A DNA stretch of 61,493 nt, filler included. It is 6 parts of 6 records of this genome, joined end to end, with 100 filler letters (N's around TTAATTAATTAA, not from the genome) between each part and the next. Parts side by side here need not be neighbours in the genome. Positions count along the whole stretch, not along the records: positions 1 to 9,056 come from SRR31156797_9055; positions 9,157 to 17,346 come from SRR31156797_9060; 4 more parts are not named here. One strand, written 5' to 3'. Both the position numbers and the translations under genes were made by a program. Of this stretch, positions 1 to 9,181 are shown piece after piece. The notes under the pieces are model-generated. The model was not told the origin of the DNA, ran no database searches, and worked only from the letters and a program-made list of their open reading frames with translations. Every line of letters begins with the position of its first letter. Position 1 is the stretch's first letter.

Positions 1-1
1 T

Positions 2-517
2 GTTATTCCTGAAGTTGTAAATCAAGTTGCTTTTTTAGTAATTGGAAATGATCAAACGATTACTATGGCTGCAGAAGCAGGACAGTTGGAATTAAATGCA
101 TTTGAGCCGGTACTTTTTAATATGTTATTTCAATCAATTGAGTTACTGACTAATGCTATCAAGACTCTAAGGGAGAATTGTATAAGAGGAATAACAGCTA
201 ATGAAGATCATTGCTACGAGCAAGTAGAAAATTCAATTGGGATAGTAACTGCACTAGTACCACATATTGGTTATAAGAAATCAGCAGATATAGCTAAAAA
301 ATCTCTTAAAACAGGAAAAAGAATAAGAGAATTAATTTTAGAAGAAAAGATTTTAAGTCAAAAAGAATTAAATATTATTCTGAATCCTAGAAATATGACT
401 GAGCCTGGGATATCGGGAAAAACATTGTTGGATAGAATTAAAGAAGAAGAAAATTTAATAGAAGAATTAAAAAAAGTAAAATGTAGTGAAAAGAAAAAAG
501 AAATTTTACTAGGATAA
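2..517 (+). CDS. aspA: Aspartate ammonia-lyase (fumarase/aspartase family), C-terminal part; 5' truncated by the window edge
   Basis: The frame is open from base 2 and reads VIPEVVNQVAF...GNDQTITMAAEAGQLELNAFEPV...SIGIVTALVPHIGYKKSA, the aspartase C-terminal signature. Confidence 0.9.
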   Translation, partial: VIPEVVNQVAFLVIGNDQTITMAAEAGQLELNAFEPVLFNMLFQSIELLTNAIKTLRENCIRGITANEDHCYEQVENSIGIVTALVPHIGYKKSADIAKKSLKTGKRIRELILEEKILSQKELNIILNPRNMTEPGISGKTLLDRIKEEENLIEELKKVKCSEKKKEILLG

Positions 518-520
518 CCA

Positions 521-548
521 AAAGAGTAGGAGGAATCCTGCTCTTTTA
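521..548 (+). terminator. Intrinsic terminator after aspA
   Basis: Hairpin aagagtagga/tcctgctctt followed by T residues. Confidence 0.6.
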
Positions 549-741
549 ATAAAAATCTATATTTGAAAAACTAAAATTTAGCATGGTATAATATACTAAC
601 CTCACTTTTTTCCTAAAAATATTTTGTACTTTAAAAATATGAGTAGGCACTGGTTGTCGTTTTTTCTTGGTAAGGATAATTATTGTGCGGTTGTTTGAGT
701 AGTACTTGATATAATTATTCTTTATAGAAAGAGGTGCTTAG

Positions 742-1047
742 ATGAGTAAAAAAGATGAAGATGTATATTATTATTTTAGAAAACCCAGTAAATGTAAAGT
801 TTGTGGCGGTAAATTAATTGAAATATTCTATATTGATACTGAAATCACTCCTGCTCTTCAGAAACAGATTGACAATAATAAAATGCTAATACTTCGTGAA
901 GAGGACAAAGCAAAAATTTTTCAAGAGGACGGCCTTATCTATTCCTATCCGGACTATAGTTGCGTGGAGTGTGGTACTAAATATGCTCGGAAAACAGAGA
1001 AGGAAGGAAATAGAAATTGGTCAGCTAAAAGAAAAAGAAAAGGTTGA
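742..1047 (+). CDS. Small hypothetical zinc-ribbon-like protein
   Basis: SD-like gaggtg upstream; two CxxC pairs (CKVC, CVEC). Confidence 0.6.
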   Translation: MSKKDEDVYYYFRKPSKCKVCGGKLIEIFYIDTEITPALQKQIDNNKMLILREEDKAKIFQEDGLIYSYPDYSCVECGTKYARKTEKEGNRNWSAKRKRKG

Positions 1048-1219
1048 TCAGTAATGTTATTAAATTTAAAATACAGGAAAATCTCAGCAAAATTTTACTA
1101 TTTCAGAAAAAGTTACAGAAATTTTATCAGAAAAAATGATTAAAATAGATGAAATCGCAAAAATAGCTAAGCTTTTAAGATTTGAGATGGAGTTTTTTAG
1201 AACAGAATAATTATAATTT

Positions 1220-1262
1220 AAAAGGCTGGCTTAGAGTTTTTCTAAACCAGCCTTTTATTTTT
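1220..1262. terminator. Bidirectional intrinsic terminator between convergent genes
   Basis: Inverted repeat aaaaggctgg...ccagcctttt with A and T tails. Confidence 0.7.
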
Positions 1263-1314
1263 TCCAGCAAACTGCCCATCACTTTTTGAAGTGGTTTACT
1301 TACTTGAAAGTTTT

Positions 1315-2487
1315 TTAACTTTTAATTTCAGGTAAATCTTCTAACCAACCACCTGTTTCATTTAATTCTCTAATAAGAATTTTTGAAGCTTCTTCCGGGG
1401 TTTCAGGTCTGGAATGAATTTGACTCATTACTAATTTATTGTCATGAATACCACAAATTTCAATTTTACCAATATCATGTCCCATAATAAATTTAAACCT
1501 TTTACCATAGCCATCAAGTTTTCTTTTTGCTTCCATAACTAACTCAGTTCCACGTTTTAATGGCACTTGAAAATGTTCACGAACTCTTTCAACAGGCATA
1601 CATTGATATAAATAATAAGGACTAACGCCATTTCTTACAAGAGAATCCATAAGTTTTTCGATTTCATCAGCACTGTCATTAACTCCTTTTAATAATACAG
1701 CTTGATTATTTATCGTTATTCCACAACTCTGTATTTTTTTAATAGCTGTTTTTGCTAATTCAGTAATTTCTGTAGAACTATTGAAGTGAGTTGGAATAAA
1801 TAAAGTTTTCGTTTTATTATATTCTGTTAAAAACTCTAATAACTCTTCGTCAAAAAATCTTATTGGATATACTACCGGAGCTCTGCTTCCAATTCTGATA
1901 TAGTTAATATGCTCAATATCTTTCAAAGAATTTAGTATCTCTTTTATTACTTTTGTAGGTAATAGAAACGGATCCCCACCTGAGATCACAACATTTTTGA
2001 TCTCTTTATGCTCCCTGATATATTCTGCTGCTTTTTTAAAGTTTTCTACAGTTTGATCATTATTAAGGCCAACCATTCTTTTTCTAAAACAGTGTCTACA
2101 ATACATAGAGCAATATTCAGTTGCTACAATAAGTGCTGAATATGGATATTTATGTAGTATTCCATTTCCCTTGTCGTGTTTGTCATCACCATAAGGATCT
2201 TTAGTTGTTTCTCCCATAGAACCTTGTACGATCATCTCTTTTGAAGATGGAATAGCTAATTTTTTTATAGGATCATTTTTAGTACTTGTATCAATTAAGC
2301 TTAGATAATATCTTGGAATATTCATAGGGTGTCTCTCTACAATCTCCTCTAAGCTACTCTCTTCCTCCTTTGATAATTCAATATAATTTTTAAGCTGTTT
2401 TACAGTTGTAATATTATTCTTCAGCTCATCTTTCCAATCCAGTTTGCTAAAATCAATTTGTTTTAGTTCTTTCATTTTTTTTAACAT
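1315..2487 (-). CDS. KamA-family radical SAM aminomutase (lysine 2,3-aminomutase-like; substrate uncertain)
   Basis: Motifs LHKYP, CSMYCRHCFRKR (CxxxCxxC), VISGGDP, RIGSRAPV, NQAVLLKGVND and PYYLYQC. Confidence 0.9.
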   Translation of the reverse strand: MLKKMKELKQIDFSKLDWKDELKNNITTVKQLKNYIELSKEEESSLEEIVERHPMNIPRYYLSLIDTSTKNDPIKKLAIPSSKEMIVQGSMGETTKDPYGDDKHDKGNGILHKYPYSALIVATEYCSMYCRHCFRKRMVGLNNDQTVENFKKAAEYIREHKEIKNVVISGGDPFLLPTKVIKEILNSLKDIEHINYIRIGSRAPVVYPIRFFDEELLEFLTEYNKTKTLFIPTHFNSSTEITELAKTAIKKIQSCGITINNQAVLLKGVNDSADEIEKLMDSLVRNGVSPYYLYQCMPVERVREHFQVPLKRGTELVMEAKRKLDGYGKRFKFIMGHDIGKIEICGIHDNKLVMSQIHSRPETPEEASKILIRELNETGGWLEDLPEIKS

Positions 2488-2535
2488 TATTTCCTCCAGT
2501 TTTTATTAATTCTTAGTTTTATATTTTCTTAAAAC

Positions 2536-2790
2536 AACAAAAAAAGCACCCTAACCCTATTTAAAATAGAGTTAGAGTGCCTAAGTTTCGCTAAAAGCTC
2601 ACATTATACCACCTAAAAATTAGATAGTGTAGTCCCTTACCATAATGATCTTGGACAGACCCCAGTTCTATAGAAACATTTTTCATTTCAGTTTTTCTCA
2701 TTTTTTCGCTTTGTTCGTATTATGACTACAATTTAAAAATATTAAATTGCATTCCCAAACTCACAAAACAGAGTAATAACTAATTTTACT
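2536..2790 (-). promoter_or_regulatory. Long 5' leader ending in an attenuator-type terminator upstream of the KamA-family gene
   Basis: The minus strand reads gcactctaactctat-ttaa-atagggttagggtgc-ttttttt about 50-90 nt before the start codon, preceded by about 200 nt of non-coding sequence. Confidence 0.55.
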
Positions 2791-3036
2791 TCATGTTTAA
2801 TTTTCAAATACATGATAGCATATAATATGAAAATCATCAAATTATGTTGATATATTTCTAGAAAAAAAAATATTTTTTAAAAAAAGTTGAAGAATTCAAA
2901 TAATGATGTAGTGGGACTCCTTGAGAGAAAATAGAGCTTATTTTTTGCCAAAAGCTTTCCAAGCTTGACAAAACAATAAATGAAAGATTAAATTTAATCA
3001 TGATTGAATTTAAGAGTTAAGATTGGTGGAGATCAG

Positions 3037-3518
3037 ATGCAGAGAATAGGCGTAATTGGCCCAAAAGATTCAGTGAATCGAATAGTTGAAGTAGCTAAGA
3101 GCATGAATGAAGAGATAGAGTTAGTACCATTTATCTATAGTGATGTATCTGAAACAATAGAAATAGTTAAGAAAAATTTTACGAAAATTAAAGACTGGCT
3201 TTTCTCAGGTCCTACACCATATAATACTGCGCGGAAATGGTTCAGACACATATTAATTTATGGAATGAAGGTAAAATCGATGCTGTTATTACCGGTTTAG
3301 GAAAAGTACATGATGTGATCAAAGAGGAGACTCAGATTCCTGTCTATAGAAATAATGTGACAGCACAAGTTATTCAAGCTTCAATAAAAAGATTTATCGA
3401 AAAATTAAAAACATCATCTTTAAGTGAAGCTGAATTAGTTGAAATAGTCGGGAATGAAACTCTTTCAGGCAGAGGTCGGCCAAGTAAAATTTATAGAATG
3501 AGTATTTTGAAAGATTAA
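3037..3518 (+). pseudogene. Frameshifted, internally deleted transcriptional regulator
   Basis: The N-terminus MQRIGVIGPKDSV...LFSGPTPY is in one frame; the middle and C-terminal pieces (GKIDAVITGL..., GRGRPSKIYR) are in another. It is much shorter than intact family members as I recall them. Confidence 0.6.
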
Positions 3519-3636
3519 AAAATATATAATTAAAGAAAGTAAAAGGAAAATGTCCGTATATGGATATTTTCCTTTTTTATTTTACAAGCAAAATCATAAG
3601 TAAATATTAGAGTTTTTCTAAACCGGTCTCTTATTT

Positions 3637-3831
3637 TTATTTTTTAAACGCCACAACTGTAAGACCAACCTCTTTCTCCAACTCTTTAACGAGAGAAATA
3701 TCCTCTTCACTTAATCCGGCTACTTCCAGATTATCACTTCTTAAGCCTAATAGTACAACACCTAATTTTTCTTCTAACTCCTTGATTCTGTTGACCTTAT
3801 TTTCATCAATATTTTGTGCTATGTGATACAA
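3637..3831 (-). CDS. Small hypothetical protein with an internal duplication
   Basis: TTG start after AAGGAGG; two similar halves (RIKELEEKLGVVLLGL / LVKELEKEVGLTVVAF). Confidence 0.65.
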   Translation of the reverse strand: MYHIAQNIDENKVNRIKELEEKLGVVLLGLRSDNLEVAGLSEEDISLVKELEKEVGLTVVAFKK

Positions 3832-4260
3832 AATAATTCCTCCTTTTCTTATTATCGTTAACCATAAAATTATAAAAAAAATCCTAATTAATGACATAGC
3901 GAGTTCTTATTTGAGTAATACTAATTAATTGTACAACATGAAAGTTTGATTTTTCAACTTTATCTTAAAACAAAGATAAAGTTTACTTAAAAGCTAAACA
4001 ATTTATAATTTTGTTTAATTGGAAAAAATGAACAAAAACAAAATTACTATTATTAAAACGAATTTCACTATTTTTTAAACACTGATTATAGTTATAATTA
4101 TAGTGAACAATAATTATCGAGATAAAAAATAATGTTCGCAAATAAGAGAAAAAGTAGAAGATGAGAAAAAAATGTAATATTTTAATTTGTTTTACTTTAT
4201 TTTTACATCTAAAAAATACAATGGTATTGAGAATAAAACTTATGATTTGGAGGAGAAGTT

Positions 4261-5271
4261 ATGACGCAAAAAGAATTAGTAATCAAAACAATTTCGCATC
4301 AATTAGAAGATGGAGCAGTACTGCCATATCAATTAGATTTAACAGATGACCTAATAACTAGACTTAAAGGTGAACTTGGTGAAGAGTGGTTCGGAACATA
4401 TAATAACTGCTTTGCGCAAGAGAGAAATGAAAGCTTTGAGCAAGTTGACGAAGCTCATAAAAAAGATATGTTTGGTGTAATCTGGCAGATGGATCACGGT
4501 GGTGATTTTGGTGTAGTTACTAACTGTATGATACCTGATGCAAATCTTGATAATTATGAATTCCCAAAACCTGATGAAAAGTTAATAAGAGAAAAATGTG
4601 AAAGATTAGCTAGTGAGAAAAATAAAGATAAATTTAAACAGTATATTATTGGATTTTCAATGTTTGAAAGAGCATGGACTCTTAGAGGGATGACGAATAT
4701 TCTAATGGATATGATTATGAATCCTGAGTTTTTGCATGCATTACTTAGAAAGATAACTGATTATAATAAGGCTGTTATGGATATAGTAATGGAATATGAT
4801 GTTGATTGTATCTTCTTTGGAGATGACTGGGGTCAGCAAAAAGGACTTATTATGGGACCTGATTATTGGAGACAGTTCCTAAAGCCTTATTTAAAAGAGT
4901 TGTATCAATATGGTAAAGATCACGGGAAATATATTTGTCAGCATTCGTGTGGAGATATTATGGAAGTATTTCCTGATCTGATTGAGATCGGACTTGATAT
5001 ATACAATACTTTCCAACCTGAAATATATGATATAGCAAAAGTAAAAGAGTTATACGGAGATAAATTATCGTTCTATGGTGGCATCTCTACTCAGAAAGTT
5101 CTTCCTCATGGAACAGCTGAAGAGGTAAAAGAAACAATCAAAGAAACAATAAAAACTATGAAAAAAAATGGTGGATATATCATAGCACCTACTCATTATA
5201 CACCTGATGATGTGCCAACTGAAAATATAATTGCCTTCCTGGAAGTTGTGCAAAATCAGGAAAATCTATAA
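4261..5271 (+). CDS. Uroporphyrinogen decarboxylase/MtaA-CmuA family protein
   Basis: Motifs FERAWTLRG, FFGDDWG.Q.GL, HSCG, FYGGISTQ and GGYIIAPTH; SD ggagg. Confidence 0.85.
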   Translation: MTQKELVIKTISHQLEDGAVLPYQLDLTDDLITRLKGELGEEWFGTYNNCFAQERNESFEQVDEAHKKDMFGVIWQMDHGGDFGVVTNCMIPDANLDNYEFPKPDEKLIREKCERLASEKNKDKFKQYIIGFSMFERAWTLRGMTNILMDMIMNPEFLHALLRKITDYNKAVMDIVMEYDVDCIFFGDDWGQQKGLIMGPDYWRQFLKPYLKELYQYGKDHGKYICQHSCGDIMEVFPDLIEIGLDIYNTFQPEIYDIAKVKELYGDKLSFYGGISTQKVLPHGTAEEVKETIKETIKTMKKNGGYIIAPTHYTPDDVPTENIIAFLEVVQNQENL

Positions 5272-5367
5272 TCCCTAGCAATGAGCTTTGTTCGTCCCCT
5301 TAAACCAAGGCAAAGCTCATTACTAAATTTGTTTTTTTCGATAAATTAAATATAATTCCTAACTCCA

Positions 5368-5408
5368 TAAACCTTGGTTCTTAATTGAACCGGGGTTTAC
5401 TCTTTTTT
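5368..5408 (+). terminator. Intrinsic terminator
   Basis: Stem taaaccttggttc/gaaccggggttta followed by a T-tract. Confidence 0.65.
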
Positions 5409-5653
5409 GATATAAAGAAATTAATTATCAAAAATGATAATAGTGATGTAAAGTTAAAAAAAAGTACAATGATTCATAGAAACCTTTATTTTCAATAGTT
5501 TATTAAAAAAAGTCTCTTGAAGTGCCAACGTTGGCATTGTTTTTAGGTTCTCTATATTATTAATTTTGATATTTTTTTAAAAAAAGTGACCAAAAAAGAT
5601 AAAAAAATGGAAAAGATTATATTTTTTGGTATAATTATATAGAGGGGGGAGTT

Positions 5654-6577
5654 ATGAATATCAAAAATTATTTAAAATTAAAGAAAATTTCAGTAAAAAA
5701 ATTAAGTGAGGAATGTAATATTCCTTATCAAACTTTAAACAAATCTTTTAAAACTCCGGATTCGATAAAAATTGTTAATTTTAAAAAAATAGCTGATTAT
5801 TTAGAATTATCAATGGATGAGTTATATGATATGTTCTATCCGAAACAGTCTGTAATCCTATCTGCATTACAGGAACAAAAAGAAGCGAAGCTATCCGGAA
5901 ATTTATATTATTACACCCAAATAAACTTTGCTTATAATTCAAATAGAATTGAAGGAAGTAAACTAACAGAAGAAGAAACCAGATTATTATATGAAACAAA
6001 TACTTTGATTGATTCTAAATCAATCAAAGTAGATGATATTTTTGAAACATCAAATCACTTTCATTTATTTAACCTAATGCTGGATGAAATGGAAAGTGCT
6101 TTGTCTGAAGAGATGATTAAACGTTATCATAAAATTTTGTTAAATGGAACATCATCATCTCATAAGGAGTGGTTTAATGTTGGTGAATATAAAGCTCTTG
6201 CTAATGAAGTAGGGGGAGAAATGACAACAAAACCTGACCAAGTTTCATTTGAAATGAAATCGTTATTAATTTGGTATTCAACATTGCAGAAGATTAGTAT
6301 AAATGAAGTAATTGAATTTCATTATAGGTTTGAGAAAATTCATCCTTTTCAAGATGGTAACGGGAGAATTGGTAGAATGATAATGTTTCGGGAGTGTTTA
6401 AAGAATAATGTACTTCCATTTATAATAACCGATGATTATAAAGGATTTTACTATAGAGGGTTATCACAATTTAGAGATGAACCGGGTTATTTAATGGACA
6501 CATGTTTAACGATGCAGGATATTTATAAACAAAAATGTATAAATTATTTGAATTTAAATCAAGAAGAATTTAAGTGA
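5654..6577 (+). CDS. Fic-domain protein with an N-terminal HTH
   Basis: Catalytic motif HPFQDGNGRIGR; inhibitory motif SNRIEG; XRE-like N-terminal region. Confidence 0.9.
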   Translation: MNIKNYLKLKKISVKKLSEECNIPYQTLNKSFKTPDSIKIVNFKKIADYLELSMDELYDMFYPKQSVILSALQEQKEAKLSGNLYYYTQINFAYNSNRIEGSKLTEEETRLLYETNTLIDSKSIKVDDIFETSNHFHLFNLMLDEMESALSEEMIKRYHKILLNGTSSSHKEWFNVGEYKALANEVGGEMTTKPDQVSFEMKSLLIWYSTLQKISINEVIEFHYRFEKIHPFQDGNGRIGRMIMFRECLKNNVLPFIITDDYKGFYYRGLSQFRDEPGYLMDTCLTMQDIYKQKCINYLNLNQEEFK

Positions 6578-6623
6578 AAAAATATCTGATATCTTGAAAA
6601 TTAAGATATCAGATATTTTTTAT

Positions 6624-7739
6624 TTAATACAGCTCTTTATTATCCCCAAGTTTATAATGAGTAATTTTAAGCTTTTGGATAATATCAATATTATATGGAC
6701 ATTTACTCATACATTTACCACACTCAGTACAATTTTTAGAATTGATTTCAAGTGAGTTATAAGTATCCAGAGCTAATTTTTGATTTTGGAACCAAAATCT
6801 TAATCTATCTCGTAGTGCAAACTCAGCTGGATTTCTAGGTTTTCCATCTGTCATCTGTCTGTCAAACCAACCTTCTAATTTAAATATACCAGGTATATCT
6901 ATTCCCTCAGGACATACCTTACATTTAGCACATTGCCTGCATACGTAATCAGCAAGTTCCGGAGATTTAGCAAATAACTCAACTTTTTCCTCTTCTGTCA
7001 TGGGGTTAAACTCTTTTGCAAGTTCTAAATCTTTTTGTAACATCTCCATAGTATTCATACCTGTTACGACAATAGAGACAGGTAGTGAAAATGCATATCG
7101 AAAAGCATCATCTACAGAGTTCCAAAGGAAACCATCAGCAAGGGGTTTCATACACATTAAACCTATATTTTTCTCATTAGCAAGCGGGATTAATTTATCT
7201 TCAAGTTTAGGAAAGTTAAATTTATCATAATAATTAAACGTACACATTACAACTTCAAATTTATCTCTATTAATAGCCTCAATTAAAATATCCGGCTGTC
7301 CATGCATTGAGATAGCTATATGCCCAACTTTCCCAGCTCTGATATAATCCTCTACTAAACTATATGCTCCGTTTGAAGCTAATAATTTATCCAAATCTTC
7401 CATAGTTCCTACAGCATGCATGAACACGATATCGATATAATTAGTATTGAGATTTTCCATACTTCTATCAATATCTAACTTGGCACCATCATAATCTCTA
7501 CACATAGTTTTAGTAGCTAAAACCACTTCATCTCTTCTGCCTTTGATAACTTGTCCGATTTTTCGTTCTGATTCACCATCGCCATATGAAGCAGCAGTTT
7601 CAATATAGTTTCCACCATTATCGATATAATAATTTAGTAGTTTTTCTGCTTCAGATTTTGGTATCTCTATCAGATGATATCCTCCAAATCCTATTAAACT
7701 AACTTCTAACCCTGTTTTTCCTAATTTTCTTTTTTGCAT
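6624..7739 (-). CDS. Aldo/keto reductase with a C-terminal 4Fe-4S dicluster domain
   Basis: KRKLGKTGLEVS.IGFGG, ETAASYGDGESE, MKPLADG; C-terminal CRQCAKC..CP and CTECGKC..CP. Confidence 0.9.
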   Translation of the reverse strand: MQKRKLGKTGLEVSLIGFGGYHLIEIPKSEAEKLLNYYIDNGGNYIETAASYGDGESERKIGQVIKGRRDEVVLATKTMCRDYDGAKLDIDRSMENLNTNYIDIVFMHAVGTMEDLDKLLASNGAYSLVEDYIRAGKVGHIAISMHGQPDILIEAINRDKFEVVMCTFNYYDKFNFPKLEDKLIPLANEKNIGLMCMKPLADGFLWNSVDDAFRYAFSLPVSIVVTGMNTMEMLQKDLELAKEFNPMTEEEKVELFAKSPELADYVCRQCAKCKVCPEGIDIPGIFKLEGWFDRQMTDGKPRNPAEFALRDRLRFWFQNQKLALDTYNSLEINSKNCTECGKCMSKCPYNIDIIQKLKITHYKLGDNKELY

Positions 7740-8239
7740 ATCGCGCCACCTCTCTTCTCTTTAATAAAAGAATATATTTAATTATAACTTAGGGTTTGTT
7801 AAATAGAAAGATTATATGAAATATTACGGAATATCCAGTGAATTTTATATAGTAAATGAAAATGATAATAAATTGAAGCTAAAATCGGGGCGTGAGATTA
7901 CATTTACCGCTTTTGCCATTTCATCTATTATCTCCTTATTTGTTTTTCGAAGTTAATACGATTCAAGCTAACTTCGTTTTGAAAAATGATATATCTTAAT
8001 CAAGGTTATTATTATATTGTTTACTTTCTTATTTCTTATATCATTGTTTATATAAGAAGCAATTTGAAATAAGTAGAAAAAATGATATAATCAAAATAAA
8101 TTGTCAAAAATGACCGCATAAAAACTCTTCCCAAGTAGTTAACAGGTTAACAGATTTTAAATAAATACCATTATACAGGAAAAGGAAATTTCTATTCGAA
8201 AGTGAATGAAATTATATATCAAACAATAAGGAGCAAGAG

Positions 8240-8977
8240 ATGAAACTATGTATGTTATTTACCTTTTTACTCATTCACTTATTTAGTTTTTCAAATGAAA
8301 TATTAAATATTAGGATTGGTAGCTATCCACCATATACTTCTGAAAATGATCCTAACGCTAGGATATTAGAAAAGGTTGTAAAAGAAGTATTTGCTCTTGA
8401 AAACATTACCGTCTTAACGTCGTATTATCCTTGGAAAAGAGCATATGAAAATGTTAAAGCAGGAAGCGCTGATATACTTTTTCCGTGGCATGCAACACCA
8501 GAAGCAAAAGAAACTCTTATTATGACTAAAGAAGTTTTACTTGAAGTTAATGAAATATTTTTTTATAATAAAAATCTTAATTTTAACTGGAATAGTCTTG
8601 AAGATTTAAAAAAATATCGTATAGGTGCTACATTAGGGTATAACTTAGTGGATATTTTTAAAGAGCGTGATTTGCAATATGAAATTGCAGTAAGTGAAAC
8701 TTTAAATTTTACAAAGCTTCTAAAAAATAGAATAGATTTGTATGCTACAGATTATTATGTAGGTTTATATTTATTACAAAATGAATTTTCTAAAACTGAA
8801 GCAAATTCATTAACATTTTCTCCAAAGCCTATTTCAAAAGGTAAATTATATTTAATGATTTCTAAAAAAACTCCTAATGCTCAAATGATTGCAAATAAAT
8901 TTGACTCAGGATTGTTAAAATTGAAAAAAACAGGAAGATATAGAGAAATTTTTGAAGAATATATAGCTTCATTATGA
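8240..8977 (+). CDS. ABC transporter substrate-binding protein (family 3)
   Basis: Signal peptide; motifs YPPY, PWKRA, IGATLGY, RIDL and FDSGL..LK.TG.Y. Confidence 0.8.
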   Translation: MKLCMLFTFLLIHLFSFSNEILNIRIGSYPPYTSENDPNARILEKVVKEVFALENITVLTSYYPWKRAYENVKAGSADILFPWHATPEAKETLIMTKEVLLEVNEIFFYNKNLNFNWNSLEDLKKYRIGATLGYNLVDIFKERDLQYEIAVSETLNFTKLLKNRIDLYATDYYVGLYLLQNEFSKTEANSLTFSPKPISKGKLYLMISKKTPNAQMIANKFDSGLLKLKKTGRYREIFEEYIASL

Positions 8978-9024
8978 AAAACTATTCTTCAATAGATTAA
9001 ATGAACATTAATTATTTTTATCAA

Positions 9025-9052
9025 AAAACGACCGCATAAAAACGGTCGTTTT
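9025..9052 (+). terminator. Intrinsic terminator
   Basis: Hairpin aaaacgaccg-cataaaaa-cggtcgtttt. Confidence 0.65.
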
Positions 9053-9056
9053 ATAT

Positions 9057-9156
9057 NNNNNNNNNNNNNNNNNNNNNNNNNNNNNNNNNNNNNNNNNNNN
9101 TTAATTAATTAANNNNNNNNNNNNNNNNNNNNNNNNNNNNNNNNNNNNNNNNNNNN
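9057..9156. other. Artificial contig spacer
   Basis: N-run plus TTAATTAATTAA (stops in all six frames); GC content changes abruptly across it. Confidence 0.98.
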
Positions 9157-9181
9157 CCCGATGATGTGGAAGACGTGGCGT

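Noticed and set aside
563-740. Promoter and C/U-rich 140-nt leader before the zinc-ribbon gene
   Set aside because: No convincing stems or terminator.
1050-1210. Possible HTH/antitoxin gene remnant
   Set aside because: Too short and degenerate to support a call.
9057-9156. TTAATTAATTAA inside N-runs (five copies in the window)
   Set aside because: Artificial six-frame-stop spacers. Gene neighbourhoods across them have no biological meaning.
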